This document shows, in pieces, positions 50,961-64,000 of a DNA stretch of 64,000 bases. Both the position numbers and the translations under genes were made by a program. Under the pieces are notes generated by a model, which saw only the letters and a list, made by a program, of their open reading frames with translations, had not been told where the DNA came from and ran no database searches. This DNA is from Vicugna vicugna (taxonomy: Eukaryota): the NCBI GenBank assembly GCA_013265495.1, contig MU057521.1, forward strand, positions 434,001-498,000, in the 5' to 3' direction. The stretch's first letter is position 1, and every line of letters begins with the position of its first letter.

Positions 50961-51601
50961 AAATACGTATATATGCACACACACATTTAAACTACATTAA
51001 CCAAGCACTAGCTGATTTTGCCAATTGATACACATTATCAGTAATTAGCACACAAATTATTCATGTGTAACAGGAGTATCAAATTGTCAGAGGGTGCTTA
51101 AAACAAGTTTTCTAATAAGGTTTTAAAATAAGTATATTCTATCAATTTGCTTATATAATTCAGACTCACAGCTTATAAAGAATTTATGAAGTATAGTGAA
51201 GTTTCTCTTCAAATCCTGTTATCATCACTTGAAAGTTCCAAACAACTATGGCCAGGATTAATGAGAATCTACTGAAATGCTGTCACTTGTTTTTGTGGAT
51301 ATTGGTGAATATGGTGAAACATAAGACTTCAGCTTAGCCTACTTAATATATTTAAGGCTATGAAGTTTCCTCTAACATGGCACTGGGCACATTCTGCTTT
51401 TTAAAATCACTGACACTTCTTTTTGAATTTTTTTCAATGTCCCAGGTGAAGAAGTGGTCAAGCTCCTCATAGCTGACCTTTAATTATTAACCCAAAGGAC
51501 AAAAACATTTAATCTAATGACATGTAAGAAGAACAACAATATAAATTGAACTAAAGTTGGAGAAAAGACTTACATGTAATTCTAAAACACTATCCAAAAT
51601 C

Positions 51602-51876
51602 AGGGATAGGGAATTAAAAGGTACAAACTACTATGTAAAAAATAAAGAAGCTACAAATATAGATTGTACAGCCCAGGGAATACAGCCAATATTTTATAGT
51701 AGCTATAAATGGAGTATAATCTTTAAAAATTGTGGATCACTGGAATTTGACACAACACTGTAAAATGACTATAATTCAATAAAAAAAAAGTTTAAAAAAA
51801 TTGTCGATGACTGTGTTGTACACCTGAAACTTATGTACTATTGTAAATCAACTATACTTCAATTTAAAAAAAAAAG
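51602..51876 (+). mobile_element. L1 3'UTR terminus containing a nested short L1 3' insertion (51743-51795)
   Basis: aggtacaaactactatgtaaaaaataa...gtacagcccagggaatacagccaatatttta...tgttgtacacctgaaac...tgtaaatcaactatacttcaatt polyA; 18-bp duplicate at 51725-51742 / 51796-51813. Confidence 0.9.
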
Positions 51877-52139
51877 AGATTAATGCTCTAGTCTGGAAAT
51901 CAAGCCTTATGTTTCTATTCTGCATGAAAAAAATTTTAATCTATTTTATTCATAATATAATGAAACTTGCTCTTTTGAAAGAGCAAAAACATAGACAAAT
52001 AGCGGAAGGAGTTATAAAAAAGTAACAGGTGAAAGGAAAATATTTGCAATGGATGAGGCAACAGATAAACAGTAATCTTCAGTGAAACTGAGTATAACAT
52101 TAGGAAAAAATAAATAACCTAATAGCTGCTAATTGGAAT

Positions 52140-52278
52140 TTTAATGAGAGTGTTTTAGGCATGGCCTGCCTTTTTTCAGTTTGCTACAATTATTCTTTCA
52201 TCCCCTGTTTTACACTGGCCCAGTTCATTTATTTACTTCATCTAGTGGCCCCTGAAACAACTGGAGTATGTAACTCTG
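52140..52278 (+). mobile_element. MER102-like hAT fragment (3' end)
   Basis: ttcatttatttacttcatctagtggcccctgaaacaactggagtatgtaactctg. Confidence 0.6.
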
Positions 52279-52279
52279 A

Positions 52280-52760
52280 GTAAAGAATATGAACAGGCAA
52301 TTTATAGAAGAAAAATATAAAAGACACAAATAAACTCAAGAGAACATATATTATTTCTCACTCAGCAAACTGGCAAAATAAAATCACTCACATTAACCAA
52401 TATTGGTGTGGTTGTGAGGAACAGAGAATTCTTACTCTATTACATTGGTGCCATCTTTTTGGAAGACATCTGATCAGTATTTATTAAAAAAAAATTTTTT
52501 AATGTGAATCACCCAGAGGTCCCACTTTTAGGTATTTACCCACATGAAAAATACAAATTTACAATAATATTCATTGAAGCATTTTTATGATAGTTTAAAA
52601 AACTAGAAATAATTTTAATATCCACCAAGAAGGGATTGGTTGGATAAGTTCTATGAAATGAACTACTGAGTACAGCTCAATTATTAAATAGAATGAAATA
52701 GATCTATACTATTGTATGGAAAAGAAGCTGTAGAAAATATACATGGTACCATCTTACTCT
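52280..52760 (+). mobile_element. Old L1 (L1ME-like) ORF2 end
   Basis: aagaatatgaacaggcaatttatagaagaa; cccacttttaggtatttaccc; atattcattgaagcattttt. Confidence 0.7.
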
Positions 52761-53029
52761 AAAGAAACAAATCTAGACAATTGTATTATAAATACTGCAG
52801 AGCAGTCAGCTGGCCAATGGTAGGACCTAATCCTGCTTCCAGGTTATTTGCCAAATATGAACAAATGACCAGGCTAGACCAAAAAAAGACAGCCTCTGGG
52901 TTTTTTTTTTTTTCTTTTTTTTTCCTGGCTGGGGCTATGGAGAAAAAGTACCACTCTCCCGTGTATCCTCCCTTCATGCAAATAAATGTGCTCTTAAAAA
53001 CTCCAACCCAGTGTGGACAAATAGCCATA

Positions 53030-53385
53030 AACGTAAGAAAAAGTGACTATTCCACTAGCCCTGAGGGAAAAGGAAATTAAAACCATAATGCAATACCATT
53101 ACACATACAGGAGAACGGCTAAAATGAAAAGGCAAACATTTGTAAGTGTTGGTGAGGATGTTAAGCTACCAGGACTCTCGTACACAATGGCAGGAAAAAA
53201 AGTTGATTCAGCCACTTTGGAAGATTGTTTGACTGTGTCCACAAAAGCTGATCATTTCCATGTCCTCTGTTCCCATATATACCCAGCCAAAATGTGTACC
53301 CTCTCCAAATCACACACCAGAATATTCATAGCAGCAAGACCACAATAGCCCCAAACTGGAAACTATACAAATGTCCGTTTGCCAA
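53030..53385 (+). mobile_element. L1 ORF2 C-terminal fragment
   Basis: REKEIKTIMQYHYT...SVGEDV...SATLEDCL, L1 ORF2p C-terminal-like; aatagccccaaactggaaac. Confidence 0.85.
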
Positions 53386-54929
53386 GAGTGTAGCAAATAA
53401 TGTTCAAAAGAAAATTTGTTATCAAACTGTAGATTTAACATGTAAATAATTTTGGTGATGCCCACAAAGAAGCAAAATTAAAAGGTTAGGTGTTTATTTC
53501 ACCCTATGGTCTGTTTATATTAAAGTTGGCGATGTAGCAGATTGTCATTTTAAGGAAATCCGGAATCATATTAATAAGTTACTGATAACGGAGGAGTTTG
53601 GGAGAAAGCAATATAAAAATCATTTCCTCCCTTGTTTCATTTTCCGTTTCCTTTCATCCTTTTTTTCTGCTATCTACATAAAAGATGGCAGAGAAATTCT
53701 AAGAACCTTTTTGTCACTTAGTCAACAATATCATGCATCAGTTGTCAGACATAGAGTTTTTCAATGTCTAAAGGAAATAATATATATGAAGTAATCAGGG
53801 CAGTTCTTGGCACATAGCAAATACTCATGTTAAACATTAGCTGTTCTTCTATGTCCTCTGCTAAGGTATGGTTGACATAATGATTCCTGGATGGTTAGAT
53901 TAGATTAGATTAGATACTGTTATCTTGTCAACTAACCTACTTTCATCAGTCACTGAAAGATGCACTCAGCAAGCTGTTTGCCTTCACCTCTGGAGATTTT
54001 GTCTCACTTTGTTTTTTCAAGAAATTAGTCTCCTCCATAGGCTTCTAGTAACATACGGGAAATACCTGGGGTTTGTGTGATGTCTGCACTGTTAGAGAAC
54101 ACGGGAACACTGAGAGTGAGCAGGAAACAGATTAGGGAAGTGGCTTTGTACAATCTGTGTGTTCTACTTCATGCCTTGATTCTGAATAAAGCAACTCATT
54201 TTATCTAACACTGCATAATGATAATAACCATCTTTATTTTACAATAAGGAATGAATATCACATTAATTATTGTTACTTAATCATTTTAGAATACTATAAA
54301 TGTTTCACTAAAAATTGCTATGCTAATCAAAATATACCCTGTTTCATTAAAACTATGAACTCTCCCTCATGGCTGCAAAATGAGTAATAAAGTTTGATAG
54401 CATGGCACAGTCAAGATTGCTTATTGGATAAGGATGATTTTTCTCAAAATGTGTTATATGAACGCATTAAACATTTGATGCTTAATAAAAGCAAAATAAG
54501 ATCCCTTTCCACTAAGCTGCTTCAAATACCAATTACATAAGAAAGATTTGCTAAGCTAATGATTTTCTAAGTAGCCACAAATGCTTCTTTAATTCCTGAT
54601 GTGTTCCTCTTTGTTCCTCAGAATGAATGTGAGTTGTTGTTTCCAATATTTGGTGGCATCACTTTTTTACAGCAAGGATTTACTTAACAAGCCTTTTTAT
54701 TCTTCCTTGGATTTCATACTGACACTTCTAACAATGAGTTATCAGGGGACACTGCCGCAGACATGAAAGCATTAACACAAAACCAGCACTTCTTGTGCCT
54801 CTTCTTCTCATTACATGATCTCTGGGCTGGTCTATCTTAATTATACTCCAGGACATAACAGTGTCTGTAAAGGATACAGCTCCTAGTCTTTCGTTGACTG
54901 CAAACATCATCATCTAGCTTGTTTCCTTA

Positions 54930-55335
54930 ATGAGTCACTTCTGGTGTCCATAGCTTTGCAACCCCCTCCCTCAATGATTCTACAGTTGGCAGTATGACTT
55001 TTTGTGGTCAATGGTACATTAGCAAATGCAATGCAAACAGAAGCTGGATAAGTGCTTGTGCATTAGATCTTACATTTTGGGGGATCCTGCTGCCATGTGG
55101 AGAGAGCACATGGAGGAGGACCAAGGTACCTTGGCTGACAGCCCCAAGCAACTGTCAGACACATGCCTCAAGCCATGAAGAACAAGCCAGCCCCAGCCTA
55201 CCTTCAGAATGCATAAATGAGTCCAGCCAACACCACGCAGAGAAGAGACGAAACCATCTCAGCTGAGCCTTGCCCAAATTGTTGACCTGTAGAATTGAGA
55301 GCAAATAAATGATTACTGTTTCAAATCATTAAAAA
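54930..55335 (+). mobile_element. MLT1 (ERVL-MaLR) solo LTR
   Basis: ctgctgccatgtg...cagctgagccttgcccaaattgttgacc...gagcaaataaatgattactgttt typical MLT1 3' half. Confidence 0.85.
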
Positions 55336-55884
55336 TTACTTGGCTCTCACTAATGTCTTTCCATATTCTCTTGAGCCAGAAGAGGGACCTGGGGCTGATG
55401 AGCAAGGCTCAGTTATGAGGAAGAAGACAAGGCTTGGAGGAAATTTTCAGCACAGAAACAAAGCGTGTTTTATGTGAGCAGGGCAGATCAAACAGTGGGA
55501 GATGGGCGTCTCACCTGGGGCCACTGCAGCCCAGCGATGACCAGCAGACTGATGTAACCACCAATGAGCACTTGGTCATTGTCAGCTGCCTGAAACAAGT
55601 CCAACTCTGTCAGGGTGATGCCTCATTGCTTTAATTATTTCTACCGGCTGAATCACTTCTCAAAATAGAAATCAGGCTTGGAATGAAAAAGTTATTTTTC
55701 TTGTTTCCCTAGCTTTTAGGAGGATACTTGCACAACTAAATGTGCCTGGTTTCCACGTAAAAGTTATTGGAGGATGTAATTCTTTATATTTCCCTGTCAC
55801 AACAGTATATAGTTGGCCAATTATTAACATTATTGACTGACCTTGACAGTGTTCTATCTTCTTTCTTCATTAATCCATATAATT

Positions 55885-56090
55885 GGAAGTTATGTATTGA
55901 GCGTCTTTGATGTGCCCAGCATTGAGCTAGGTATTGATAGACAAGATAAGCAAGGTCCTTTTGCAGCTTCCATTCTAGAGAAGAGAAACAGACAATAACC
56001 CCAAAGAATATTTTAAAAATGAGATAATTAAAAATCGTGATAAGTGTTCTGAAGGAATGAAACAAAGTGATTTTAAGAGAGAAAGCTTAG
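55885..56090 (-). mobile_element. L2 3' fragment
   Basis: tgtattgagcgtc...tgtgcccagcattgagctaggt...gcttccattctag...gataagtgttctgaagga. Confidence 0.75.
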
Positions 56091-58599
56091 ACAGACCGAA
56101 GCCTTCTTTAGATTAGGGTGGTATCAACAAAGACCAACCTGAAGATGGAATATTTAAGACCAAAGAATGAGAGGGACTCATGCAGTCATCACAGAACACT
56201 GTAGATTTAAAAGTTCCTGCAGTAATGACTATGTATGAAGTGTGGCCTCCCTTGTACACACCGTCAGCCAACGTGAACATGGCAGGGGAAGACAATGCTC
56301 TATTGCTATAATCATGCAACTGGAAAATATTTGGTATTAGTAGATCAGATTAACTGGTAGGGTTCCTTCCTTCACTTTTCAGCTAGTTGCAGTAGAGTTT
56401 TATGAAAATATAAGTCTATCTTTTTATCATTATGTTACTTCCACTCGGCTGTCTATTTAAAACTATTACTACGATAAAACCACTCAATTTCTAAATCAAC
56501 TTGCCTGCATGGATCCCTTTAATGAGTTGATAATATATAGAGATGTCCATCATATTGATCAATTAGCAGGTTTAAAAAAATGCAGTGAATTATGAGATGT
56601 CTATTCCAGAATGAAGATTGACACAGGTTTATTTTGAAGATAAAAAGAAGAATCCAGAGCTCCTGCTTTCTAACATCCAGCTGCTTAACCTGAACCTTTT
56701 CCTCATGCTCTTCTTACAAGTGTTAGTTTCCCCCTAGAGAAGAATATTATATTTGTATTTTGGACATGAAAGCATTCTTATGTAAATTTTTGGCTGAACG
56801 AGAGAGGTCCATAGAAAAGAAACACCCCACGTGTGAAAATAGAAGGCGGTGGTAGAAGCCAGCCGTGTACAGTAAGAGCTATTTCACACTTTCAGAGAGT
56901 TGATTCTGGCATGGTTTGCAATTACAGGAACAGAGAGACATAAGCTAATTAGTTATTGAGTCCCTATGTTCTTCTTTAAGGAAAGCCATCGATCTTTGCC
57001 CTCAGAGAGTTATTTTTACACAGTCACATGTGCAAGCTAGTGGGTGACAGACTACCCGCGAGGTCCCCTTTCAGTTCTGGTCTTTGAAATGACAATAATC
57101 CCACTTTCATTTACAGGGAGTTTTGAGTCTTCCACATAGCCTGGAATAGGGCTATAGTCATCAAGGGAACCATATTTAATTGCCTATGGCTAATTACTTG
57201 TGCAGCACTCAGATGTATTTAATATTAGCGTTTCAAAGCCATGTGGGAGGTCTTTTTAACTCTGCCCCTTTAAATCTTTATAGCAATAGTCATGTGGCTA
57301 GAGTTATGTGTATCACTGCCTCTAAAATGTTGAAGGGAGAAACAAATCAGATAAGAAGCTTTAAGAAGAAACATAGTTGGCACTATGAGCACATAAGAGA
57401 TTACATCTGCTTTAAATTTGAAGATATTTTTGTTCAAATATAGTTAATTGAGGACATTGGGTGTTTCTAGTTCAAGGGTGTATTCATTATCTTAAAAATA
57501 AGATAGATTAATGTATTTATGCACTGGGCAATCTGCAATTAAATAAAATTATATTTTATTATACAGAATATGTTAATGTATTAGATTTTTAATCCTTCAT
57601 TCTATTACATTCCTAGAACTTCTAGCCAATATTAGAAGGTGTAGTAATTGTCTACCGGGGGGTCTTCGGGAGTAGAATTGGGATTGAGACCTGACTACTA
57701 CATCTAGTGATCAAAGCAGGATTGTATGTGGGGATCTGGCTCCCTACCCTTGCATCCAGCAGGAAGAGAAGCATAGAGAGAAATGACCCCTAAACCACAA
57801 GGGACCAAAGCCCACTTTCCCTGGTGTCTTATTCTTGCTACCTGCTGAGCCTTCCAATGGTGCAGGTAACTTCTCCCAAGTAAGAGGTCATTTTGCCACA
57901 CCAACTGCACAGGGCTTCAAGAGAACAGATCAATTGTTGAAAAGGCATTGCGCACTGACCCCAGACACGGAACCATCTTTGTTGCTCCCTTAGAAAGCTC
58001 TACTCACATGTTTTATAGCCCAGATTTGATTCTTCAGTGCTCCTGTTAGGGAAGTATGATGAAAGAGAAGGAGTCCTGGGCTCTCCTCCTCCTACAGTTC
58101 AGACTGCCACTGACATCCCTGCACATCTGGCACGTTTTGCTCGTCTGACTGGGCTTCTTCTTTGCCTTAAGAAAGGAAATGGGCATCATATCATAAAAGT
58201 CTTTTCAGCATTATGCGAGGTTACTTTTGTAATAATCCCCACTATTCCTGGGACGGACAGGAGGGACAGTTCGGCTTCACAAATCTTTTGAAATGTTTCT
58301 TGAAAGCATGATTTTAATCTGCTTCTCAAGCTCTCCCCAAACATACAGGATCTCCAAGCCATATTTCCTGTGTTTATTTCTATCTCAATTTTAACTGAAT
58401 CAAGTGTATTAAGAAAAGTTATAATGTGGCTGAGAGGTAACATTTTATCCAAGAGATACAACATCATCTTTATAAAACAAGCCAAGCATACCCTGTCCTA
58501 GGGTACCACAAGTCTTCCTCCTTTCACTAGTCACTCCTTTGTTTCCATAGAAATTAATGTTTATCAAAATAAACCTTCTTTGACCCAAGTGTCAGAAAT

Positions 58600-59405
58600 G
58601 GGCAAACACATGTAACAATACAGTATTTTCATAACTGAATTCTTAGTCTTCCCCCAGCTCTAAACCTACTGCACCCACAGCCTTCCCAACCTCAGCAGAG
58701 GGTCATTCCTTCCTTCCAGTTGCTCACATCAAAAAGACTTTATTCCCATCTTTCTCTTGCACTGCATCTCAATCCATCAGCAAATCTTATCACTCTGCCT
58801 TCAATAGATACCTGAAATCCAGCCACTTTTCATCACCTCTAGAAAGAGCCTCCTTCCTTCTACCCTTGCTCCCCTACACACAAACTCAAGAATAATCCTT
58901 TTAAAATATGTCAAATCATGTCATCCCTTCCCTCAGATTCCTGACTAATTTCCCAGTTTCGCTAACAGAAAATCGCAAATCCTCGTGGTTGGGTGCACTT
59001 TTCCTCAACAGCTTTAGGATCTCATCTCCTGCTTCTCTCTCCCTCTCTCACTCCAGTCCTGCCACAGTGGCCTTTCAAGTTTCTCTAACACACTCTACAC
59101 CTCTTTCTGGAAGGCTCACTCCCCACAACACCTCCCCCAGAAGGCTAGCCCCCTCATGCCTTCAAGTCATTGCTTGAATGACATTTCCTAAACCAAGCCA
59201 ACTCATAATGCCTTATTCAACACTGCAAACCATCCCCAAACTCTCCCCTTAGCATCCTAATCCCCTGAGCCCTACTCCTATTTTTCTCCCCAACACATAT
59301 TTCTTTTTACCATATTCCTCTGGAACCTAAGTTCCAGGGGACAAAGATCTCTACTGTGAGCACACGGAACAGTATTTGACACAAAGCAGGCTTGTCCTAC
59401 TGAAT
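58600..59405 (+). mobile_element. L2 LINE fragment
   Basis: ccttccttccagttgctca; caatccatcagcaaatctt; cttttaaaatatgtcaaatcatgtca. Confidence 0.85.
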
Positions 59406-61824
59406 ATTCTCCTTATGCAGCTCCATCCCAGCTTGAGGGGTCTCACCTTGGATGAATTCTGTCTCTTCTCGAGCACCTGCAGACTGTGGTGGTTCCAGCC
59501 TTGGACACTTCCATTGGAAGTTATAATGGACGCCTCCAAATTGAGCACAATCTGTTCAAAGTTCCCAGGAGCTGTCAAAATATATATAAATAGCATCCGT
59601 AAGATTTGGAAACACACGAAATTGCAGAACTAAACATGATCAGTTTAGCAGGCTGTAATTTGAGCATAGTTCTGTTATCTTGAAGTCTAGACCAAGAAAT
59701 CTCATGTTGATGTTTGGTGACAACGCCCATGAGAGATGATGATCATATATGCAGAACGTTTCCATTTGTGTGCATAAGATTTTGCATAATTCCTTGCCTA
59801 ATGGAGCTACTCCATCCAGTAAGGTTTTCCTGGAATCCAACATAGAATTGAGAGAAATTTCTCTTCTGCACTCCTCCCCTACGAAGGGGGTAATCCACAT
59901 TATAATATGCAATCCCTCCAAATTCCAATCTTTGGCTCTTCTTTCAGTATTTCTCCACCAGAATACAAAATCACACCGATTCTGCCATTCCCATAACCGT
60001 AACTCTTGTTCAGAAGTTTTCAACTTGCAATTTCCAGTTAACAAAGGGGACTCTCCCCTTTATGTTCACATCTGAGTGGAATCGCTCGCCACAGGTTTCC
60101 GAAGTTAACATTGCACTCTTGTTTCTTTCAAGCCTGGCTCCACAGGAACCATGAGAACCTTCATGTTAATCCAACTGCTTTCCTCCCAAACTCTGCTTTC
60201 CTCAGCTTCAAAATTCACTAGGATGAGAGCAACTTCTCCTATTTTGAAGGTTAAAATAAACACTTCTAGATTAACCTCTTTTCTACCTCCATCAGAGCTG
60301 CTCCTCCTTCCTCTGGGGTCTTAGGTCACTCAGATGTTACCTTACCCCTTCAGTGGGGCTTTGTAAACTTTCAACCACTCAAGTTGGAGTAGGATGAGCC
60401 CCACTTTCTGAATCCTGAGTATCTCCTGACTCTGCTGTAACTTTTCCACAGTTTTGTATGGACTTCAATAATCACTTTTTTCATTGATCCCGTTTCTCCC
60501 TGAATTCCCAGAGATCTACTCAAAACCCAAACAAAAATTTTCTGTTCACAAGCAAATAAACACACACACAGGTCAAGAAAACTTTCACAGTTTCATCTGG
60601 CTCTAGGAACTGGGTGTGCACAGTAGCAAGAAATCACAAACTTTGGTTCTGTTAAAATCCACTTTGGACTGTGAATTGCAATAAGTAATTTGGTGATAAA
60701 TAAGTCAAGAAAAGACTCCTTATAACAAAAGCCCTGCTGTGGTTAACATTCTGTATTCCCAAATTGACATTCTCATAATAAAAGCTGAAAAACATGTCCA
60801 CCTCCCATCTCTGGCTAAAAGTCAGGAAAACAGAAAAGATAATCCAGGGTAGTGAACTCATGCCAGTCAGCAAGTCCAAACATATGCACCATGGAAGTTT
60901 GCTGGTTTGAGCCCCCACTGGCCTTTAAAACAAATTTCCATCCCTTCCAGGACTAGAGTCTTCCTGCCTCCACGTGGGATGTTCCCCAGCAGACATGCAG
61001 CCTCTCTTGCAGAGCCTGTCCTGGCCCAGCAAATGAATTCTCATCCTGCCAACATGCTTCTGCCTTTTCCCCTTTCCAGCACAGGAGCCGTGTTCCCTCC
61101 ACGTGGAACACTGTCTATGAAATGTACAGCTGTTTCCACAGTTTGAGGTTCACAAGAGTCTGTTTCCCAAATCCCAGTCTTCTGTGCATGTATTTGCCCT
61201 ATTCTGCCAAATTATGGTGGCCATGAGAATCCCTGACTCTCCTATCAACTAACCCTGCTACAAATTCTTATGGGAGCTGTGCAGAGGGCCCACTGGCATG
61301 TTGACCTTGTTTACTGCCACTCATGTCTTTGACAATAAGAACCAACGTGTTTAGCAAATTGAATTAGACAGTGAGTGAACCACAAGAACTTCCTGACCTC
61401 TCACATTTAAAGCCTAGAGAAGAAATAAGCCAGGTAGGCACTTTGATCCCTTCCCCCTAGATCTCACTGGTGTTCTTAGCCTTCTGGATCCCATTATTCT
61501 GATAACGAGAAAGAGACATGGACGCACTACTGTCAACAGAATCATGGTATTCAGGTGACTTCCTCAAGCATTATGTACGTGCCCTTCAGCTACAGACATG
61601 GAATAGCTTCCCATTCTCACCACAGAATAATTCTCTCCTTAGAATACTTCACCACTGAGTACTTGGGTACTCAAACCCCTAACTTGTTTGTTTAGTCATA
61701 TTTATCACTCCTCTCCCCACTCCCCGAACCTGGATTTCCATGCATGTTTATTATCGTGTTTAATGGCATCTCTGTCTATAGACTCCATTGCCCACACTAG
61801 GAACTTCAAAACCTCAGTGTCTCT

Positions 61825-62460
61825 CATTCAACGGTTTATGCATTGATCAAAGAGTTACTTTCTGAGCACTATGTTAGATGTGGAGATAAACAGACAAAAA
61901 AGAACCAAAGATCTGCTTTCCAGAGCCGCACAATTATTATAACATATAAGAGACAAGACACTATGGAAGTGCAAAGGAAAAAAGACGGACTTCCCAGAAG
62001 AGATAACATTTGAGGTGATTCCAGAATGAGGATTTCAACCTACAGATAAAGGGATACCTGCTGCTGCTGAGAGAGGCAAGCATATGGCAAGCGCACAGAA
62101 GCATAAAACAGCATGAGATGCTGGGGGAACTATCAGCACAACAGCCTCATTTTCCAGTAAGTTATAGTGATGAAAATTGGTACATGAGGTGCAAAAGGTA
62201 GGCATCACAGAACAGCCTTGGGTACAATGGTAGGGAATGTGCATTTGATATTATGGGGATTTCATACTTAAAATGAAATTTATAACAGTAAAATGATTGA
62301 AAAGGTATGCTTTATAAAAATCACTCTAGTGATTTCAGTATGGAAGGTAGAAATAGGTTCGTAGAGACTAGAGGCAGGGCCTGAACTAAGGAGTGGGAAT
62401 GGGAAGTAATTCTGAATTGCAGAAAGGACGCTGTTAGAAGGATTGTCACAGTTCCTGTGC
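61825..62460 (-). mobile_element. L2 LINE fragment
   Basis: agataacatttgaggtga; tgctttataaaaatcactct; gagactagaggcaggg. Confidence 0.75.
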
Positions 62461-62599
62461 AACTGGTGCAACTAATTCTCCCCCAGAACACTTCACCACT
62501 GAGTGCCGCAAGAAAGAGCAGTCCCCGTACCACTGACCAAAGACTCAGAATGTGAACTGGATGACGACTCACACTGCGCTAAACTCCATCACAGGCCTT

Positions 62600-63490
62600 C
62601 CCACCACTCGTCTACCAGCCTTTCTTACTGTATGACTTCACCTATGATTTCTCTCCTATACTGATGGGAGAACTGCCCCCAACTTCTCAAAAGAGAAGAT
62701 CCCTCAACTTGTCCTCTAGGTCCTACCAGCCCTCCCAACCCATGAACTTTCCTTCCACAAGTTATGTCTTTCACAGCTTCACCCTCAGTCTTTTCCCATC
62801 TGTAGGGTAATGGTTTTTATCCTACAAACATGCTATACAATTTCCTTTCTTTAAATAAAACAATTTATAATTTTCCCTAAATTCCCCTCCAGGTATGCCA
62901 ATGCTCTAATTTTCTTCCCCCAAAGTCTTCTTTTGAAAAGGTGGTTACACTGTTGTCTCTAAGTCATCTCACATGTACTTCTTAAAAAATATGAAATAGG
63001 TCAATACATAAGAAAGGATCTTTTATCATCACTCCTCAGCTCTTCAAGCCCTGGATCTCACCCCTCCTAACTGCTTAAGTGGGTCATATACTCTAAAGCC
63101 TTCATGTTTTTGTTTTGATACACCAGCACAGAATGTCTTTTTCAGCTTTCTCTTCCTATGAAATCACCACTGATCACTCAAACCAACTATTCCACAAAGT
63201 CTTTCTCAGTGTCTCCAGTCAGATTAATCATTTTTCTCTTCATTTCCTGCTTTTACTTTTGTTTTTATGTCCTTATCTATTCTGCTTGAAATTACAGTTT
63301 ATAATTCAAGGCTCAAGGTCATGCTTCATAATTTGTAATTCAAGGTCATATGTTTGACATTCAAAATAAATTATAAGCTTTGCATAAAGAGAACACTCAT
63401 CTTATCTTCATTTCCCCCACGGTAAAACCTAGCACTATGTCCAGCTTATAACAAATGCTTGTTTACTTCAATGGTTGGTTAATTAATTAA
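62600..63490 (+). mobile_element. L2 LINE fragments, diverged
   Basis: C/T-rich body (tcctacaaacatgct, cactgttgtctc) and tail cttatcttcatttcccccac...cctagcact. Confidence 0.6.
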
Positions 63491-64000
63491 AAGTGAATCA
63501 AAAGAAGGATAAACATACATAAATTATGAAAAAAATGTTTTTGCTCAGACTCTTGGATTTAACAACATTACATTTTCTAATATTAAAACTGTTTTCTTTA
63601 AAATGATTCTACATATTCAATACTGTCAAAACACTTGATCAAAATTGATCAAGCTCTTATTATCCAGTGTACTATTGGCTAAAACTGAGCATAAAAAGAA
63701 AGGCTGGCTATGAAATTCTCTTTTATGGGGAAAAAGAGAGAGAAAGACAGATTGACTTACAAATTACCAACTAACTTCCCATCTCCAAATTGTAAGTTTG
63801 TAGTTTTAAGTCCAATAAGCCACTGATGTAAAATTAATCCAGTCAATTCATTTACATCTAGTACATTTAAACATGACATTTATTTCTCAAGATTGACTTT
63901 GCTTTACAGGTATAAATGCTACATAAGATAATTGTGAGTATCTAACAAACCACTACAGAGCCCAGTAGCTTAAACAAGTCATAATTTATTTAGCATGTAA

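Noticed and set aside
59640..60075. Overlapping 134-aa (-) and 108-aa (+) ORFs, considered as a processed pseudogene or viral insert
   Set aside because: No recognisable homology, polyA or TSD; both start at non-ATG or weak-context codons
1..64000. CRISPR arrays, operons, NUMTs, snoRNA/miRNA genes, CpG-island promoter
   Set aside because: No regularly spaced repeats, no mitochondrial or prokaryote-like coding density, no recognisable ncRNA and no CpG island seen by eye; an Rfam/BLAST search would be needed to exclude small RNAs fully

Overview
AT-rich, CpG-depleted mammalian non-coding DNA (intergenic or deep intronic). It is almost certainly from a camelid (camel/alpaca/llama), because it carries a tRNA-Ala-derived Vic-1-type SINE with target-site duplication at ~30.0-30.2 kb. 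I recognise no protein-coding gene, RNA gene, CRISPR array or viral ORF; the listed ORFs are repeat-derived or look like chance. A large share of the window is decayed interspersed repeats: a co-oriented L1/HAL1 stack at 5-10 kb and another at 50-53 kb, many L2 and MIR copies, hAT DNA-transposon relics (MER58A/B, MER5A/B, MER3, MER102, a Tip100-like element) and ERVL/MaLR solo LTRs (MLT2, MLT1). The most interesting unique-sequence signals are regulatory: a near-consensus CTCF site in a CpG-retaining patch (14.15 kb), an HNF4/FOXA/ONECUT cluster behind a strong splice acceptor (18.4 kb), an ACGTG/E-box cluster overlapping a 202-codon stop-free frame (26.4-27.2 kb), and nuclear-receptor half-site clusters (35.1-35.4 kb, 63.3 kb). 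There are also a few candidate minus-strand exons. I found no convincing novel biological system. Repeat family names come from remembered consensus sequences, and boundaries are approximate unless a TSD or TIR is cited.
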